DNA from: Eledone cirrhosa
Taxonomy: Eukaryota
DNA length: 64,000 nucleotides
Assembly (NCBI GenBank): GCA_964016885.1
Contig: OZ024742.1
Span: forward strand, 8,184,001 to 8,248,000
Reading direction: 5' to 3'
Part shown: positions 59,253-64,000 of the stretch, in pieces
How the letters are laid out: each line of letters opens with the position of its first letter
Numbering within the stretch: the first letter of the stretch is position 1
Notes under the pieces: model-generated
Databases searched by the model: none
Told to the model about the DNA's origin: nothing
What the model saw: only the letters and a program-made list of their open reading frames with translations
Made by a program: the position numbers and the translations under genes

Positions 59253-60060
59253 GATAGTGTTTTAGAAATGTCATCTTTCGTCTAAACAATAGCTGACATT
59301 CTGCAATTCTCATTTGTCGGTACTTTTTGAGTTGCCGACATCAACATCACCAAAAATAACAACATAATTATCCGCATCCACATCATCATTATTATTGTAT
59401 CCATAATCGTCATCATCATCATCATCATCATCATCGTCATCACCATCACCATCACCATCATAATCATCATCATCATCATCATCATCATAATCTCCATCAT
59501 TATCATCTGGGACTCGATGAAGATAAACAAATGAACACCTCATTCCGAGACATTTTAGTTTGGAGGCTGTTGAGATTCATATTTTACCTGAGATTTCCAG
59601 AGATTTCTATTTTATCTGAGTATGATACCTGTGGATAGGAGCTCCGAGTTCAAAAGCCATGGAGATTACTTTTGTCTTTCAATATTTTGGGGTTGTTAAA
59701 ATCTAGTAAAAATCTAGTACTGAGGTTGATTCGAGCTCTACATCCCTTTCTCACTTACTCTCTATTTCTCTCTTTCCTCTCTGGAAGAAATTGGATGGGT
59801 TCAATCCTTGTGAGAGGATCACCTTCGATAGGTTTACATTACTTGAGCCATGCCGTATATCACTAGGCCGCCCCTAACACCCCACTAGGAGTTACATCTT
59901 CATACATACATTATCGGGGGCCGTTGAGGGTCCAAGGAAACACTCTGAGCTGCATCTCTCTATGATGAGTGAACTGGGGTCGATTTAATCGAATTTCCCC
60001 TCCCCCAGATTAATGGCATTGTGCCTATATCAGACACAATTATTATTATTAACAGTAGTA

Positions 60061-62216
60061 CGAGAACAAGAGGGACATATGAGACAATGTCAGGCCCATA
60101 ACACTGCTCAACACAGAGTTTAAGTTTCGGCCAAGGTGTTAGCGAAGAGGCTGGCGCTTGTCGGGGATTTGGTCGGGGAGGCGCAAACTTGCGCAATCCC
60201 AGCCAGGTCCATACACCAGACCCTGCACCTAATGCGATACATCATAGAGAGGGTAGGGTGTAAACCTGGCTTCGGTGGGGCTCTGATCAATTTAGATCAA
60301 TCGAAAGCATTCGATAGGGTCGACTATAGGTACCTGGAGGCTGTCCTCAAGGCGGCTAGCTTCGGCCCCGTCTTCAGAAGCTGGATCGCTGCAATGCACA
60401 GCGGCACCTGCTCAATGGTCAAAATTAATGGCCACCTCTTCGAACCGTTTCAGGTCTCCCGATCGGTCCGTCAAGCGTGCCCTCTCTCCTCCCTCCTGTA
60501 CGTATTGACTCTGGAGCATTTACTGCGGAAGCTGGAGCTGTTGCAGGGCATCCCGCTCGAACCGGGACGCGGAAACGCTGTGTCGGCTTATGCGGACGAC
60601 ATCACCGTGATGGGGTCGGACACCTCAGTAATCGAGGTGATCGGCAACTTATTGGAGGAATATGAAAGGTTGACGGGAGCAAAACTTAACCCGGAAAAGT
60701 CGGTGGGCTTGCAACTCGGCACCTGGAGAAGCAAGTCCATGCCGTCCAACAGCGTCGTTAGGTGCTAGACGGATGGACCGGTAAAGTTGCTCGGGGTTTG
60801 GTTCGGACCAGACCTCCAGGTGGATAAGAATTGGGACGAGGTGACGGGCAGGGTAGCCAGTCTCACCCAGAAATGGGCTGGGATGAAGCTAACGCTGAAA
60901 GGTCGGGCGGAGGTGGCAAACGCGTACATCGCGTCCGTCATCTTCTACCGCCTGACCGTCGTACCTTGTCCCCGTTCGCGCCTTGCCATCTTGGAGCGGC
61001 TCCTCTTCAAATTCTTGTGGAGGGGTCAGGTTCTGCTGGTGAGGCGGTCCATCTGCTGCCAGCACCCTCTACGTGGAGGGCTGGGCGTGCCGTGGCTAAT
61101 GATGCGCAGGCACGCGCTGAGGCTGCGGCATCTCCAGATATTCTGCCTAAACGGTGAACAGGTGTGGTCGCCGTTTGTCAGACGGGCCTTTCCGCAGCTC
61201 GTTTCTTTGAGCTGCAGTCCTGGGTCAAGAAGAGACCGAGGCTGAGTGACTGGCATCTGGAAAATTGCCAGACACTCACTGCCCTCTACCAGGCGGGAAA
61301 TGCGGTCAGTGGAACTTCCACTCTCAAGTCCTATAGAGGATTAGTGGTGGGAAAAGTGGGACGACGCACTCGGAGAGGCCCTGGGAGTCGACGAAGTCGA
61401 ACTAACCAGTCTCTACTGGAGGACTTTCGAGTCGGGGACGATGGATAATTTCCAAAAATCCCTCGCTTGGCAGTGTTACCGGGGGGGGGGGGGGCACTGC
61501 CGGTTCGAGATAAATTCTGCAGGCACGGTAGTGCTGTCAGACGGACCTGCCCCAGATGCGCGCAGAGCGACGAAACCGTTCTGCACGCACTCGTCCAGTG
61601 TCCGTGCATTACTGACTTGTTGAGTTATGTTGAACAGCTGTTGTCGCGTGTAGAACGGATCCGGCTATCGTCCGAGTCCATAGTGAAGATCGACCCGCCG
61701 CCTTCTTTTGGTCAGGAAGGGCAGGCAATGTTCCTCTGTCTGGTGGCAGTAGCGAAAGAGGTTGTATGGTGGACGAGGTTGAAAAGACTGAAGACAGACA
61801 CTTTTCACTTCGGCCAATCCCTCATCAACTTTTTCAAGTTTCACTTGGAAAGGAAGGTGAGGGTGGAGAGAGAAGTGCTGCCCCCCAGTACATTTGCTGA
61901 AAGGTGGGTGAATGTGGCGAGAATGGCCCGTGTGAGTGGGCCTACTCTGGTCATGCGGCTGTAGGTAGGTAAATTTGAGGAGGAGAGGGGTGCCCTTCCA
62001 GTGTGCTCTCGAAGCGTCGGGTCGTTCAGGATTGGTGGGGTACCTGAGCGAACCCTGGGTGGTCATCCCCCCTATTGGGGAATTTTTTCTTGTAATTTCA
62101 TTGTTACTTTGTTAATGTGATTCATATTGTTTACTCGATTTTTCTGTAAAACCCCACTATCCCAGTCTTTTACATTGTCCCCTATATGTCGGCCCTTGTG
62201 ACCAATAAATGAAATC
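60061..62216 (+). mobile_element. 5'-truncated, decayed Tx1/L1-clade LINE (RT to 3'UTR), different subfamily
   Basis: DQSKAFDRV, RQACPLS, YADD, CPRC..HALVQC with stops and frameshifts. TSD ATTATTATTA(A/G)CAGTAGTA at 60042-60060 and 62217-62235. Confidence 0.93.
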
Positions 62217-62303
62217 ATTATTATTAGCAGTAGTAGCAGCAGCAGTAGCAATAACAGCAGCAACAGTAGTAGTAGTAGTAGTAGCAGTAGTAGCAGCAGC
62301 AGC

Positions 62304-62352
<49 letters not shown>

Positions 62353-62489
62353 AAATTTTACAGATGAAAATTTATAACCCGATTGATCTCATTAAGAAAA
62401 CTGTTTGACAATATCTAATTATATAAGAGAAGATTTATTCTCTCCTCTACTTCTTCTTTCTTACTCATTTCTCATTTCATTCTTCTTCA

Positions 62490-62925
62490 CATACACACAG
62501 ATATATATACATACATACATACACATACACACATACATATACATACACAAAAATACACATACACACATACATACACATATATATACATACATACACATAT
62601 ATACATACATACACATATACACACACACACACATATACATACATACATACGTACATACACATACTCACATACATACATGCATACACACACACGTTCAAAT
62701 ACACACATACATACATACATACATACACATACGCACATACACATATACATACACATACACACACATATACATGCACACATACGTACATACACATACTCAC
62801 ATACACACAAGCATACACATATACATACATACGTTCACATACATACACACACATACATACACACACACACATACATGCACACACATACACATACGTATAC
62901 ATACACACATATATGCTCACATACA
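62490..62925. repeat. Imperfect (CA/TA) microsatellite
   Basis: Seen directly. Confidence 0.9.
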
Positions 62926-63019
62926 CGCCTATTTTTTCTCATTTCTACTCTCCCTCTCTTTCTCTTTCACTCTCTCTCTAACATACACACATACATACAC
63001 AGACTCTATTTAACGCACA

Positions 63020-63635
63020 CACACTCTCCCTCTATCTTCCACCCACACCTTCCCTACCTATCTCCCCCATATCCCTCTATCTACCACCCACACCTTCCCC
63101 CACCTATCTCCCCCATCTCCCTCTATCTACCACCCACAACCTCCCCCGCCTATCTACCCCTCTCCCTCTATCTACCACCCACGCCTTCCCCCACCTACCT
63201 TTCCCTTCTCCCGCTATCTACCACCCACACCTTCCCCCCCATCTCCCTCTATCTACCATCCACAACCTCCCCCGCCTATCTCCCCCGATCCCTCTATCTA
63301 CCACCCCCACCTTCCCCCACCTACCCCCTCCCCCTCTATCTACCACACACGCCTTCCCCCACCTATCTTCTCCCCTCTCCCTCTATCTACCACCCATGCC
63401 TTCCCCCACCTATCTGCCCCTCTCCCACTATCTACCACCCACACACCTTCCCCTACCTATCTCCCCCTATATCTACCACCCACGCCTTCCCCACCTACCT
63501 CCCCTTCTCCCTCTATCTAACACCCACACATTCCACCACCAACCTCTCCCTCTATACACCACCAACACCCCCCACCACCAACCTACCCCACCCTCTACCT
63601 ACCACCCCACCTCCACCCTCTCCACCCCCTCTATT
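63020..63635. repeat. C-rich degenerate minisatellite (CCCTCTATCTACCACCCAC.CCTTCCCC, ~45 bp)
   Basis: CTATCTACCA recurs about every 36-46 bp; the 346-aa ORF is a translation of the repeat. Confidence 0.85.
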
Positions 63636-63886
63636 ATACTTCACTACCATATATAATCTGTACAGTAACACCAACAGTCGCCATACTTCCAACTCCATCC
63701 ATTATATTTTACTATAGTTTTACCAGCATCTGTTGTCAATCCTTCCATGATTAACTCATTTCCAGCTTCTTTTCTTCACCGTCTCTTGTAATCGATGCTC
63801 TCTTGTCATCTTGTTCCTGTTGTTATTGTTGCTGTTGTTGCTACTACTGCTACTACTACTACTACAACAACAACAACAACAGCTAT

Positions 63887-63918
<32 letters not shown>

Positions 63919-63950
63919 ATACTACTACTACTACTACTGCTGCTACTACT

Positions 63951-63984
<34 letters not shown>

Positions 63985-64000
63985 CTACTACTACTACTAC

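Noticed and set aside
62405-63717. 202-aa and 346-aa ORFs
   Set aside because: Translations of CA/TA and C-rich tandem repeats.

Overview
Repeat-dense, AT-rich eukaryotic DNA, probably cephalopod (octopus-like SINEs, Tx1-type LINEs, abundant (TA)n/(CA)n); the organism is an inference. No complete host gene is visible, and most listed ORFs are microsatellite translations. The protein-coding mobile elements are three Tx1/L1-clade LINE copies (one near full length) and four truncated Penelope-like elements (PLEs; three Naiad-like). There are also two non-autonomous Helitrons and many tRNA-derived SINEs. The main signal is non-coding: by eye I find about 35 type I hammerhead ribozyme (HHR) motifs from more than ten sequence families, nearly all inside inserts flanked by (TA)n. 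They occur in PLE pseudo-LTRs, in a near-perfect 422-bp head-to-tail array with one HHR per unit and an inverted arm, in a ~996-bp HHR tandem repeat and its 703-bp terminally redundant relative, and in many short asymmetric fold-back inserts. One solitary copy begins exactly at the predicted HHR cleavage site. Together these suggest a PLE-driven retrozyme (circular RNA) system that targets TA microsatellites. All RNA folds were read manually and are not computed.
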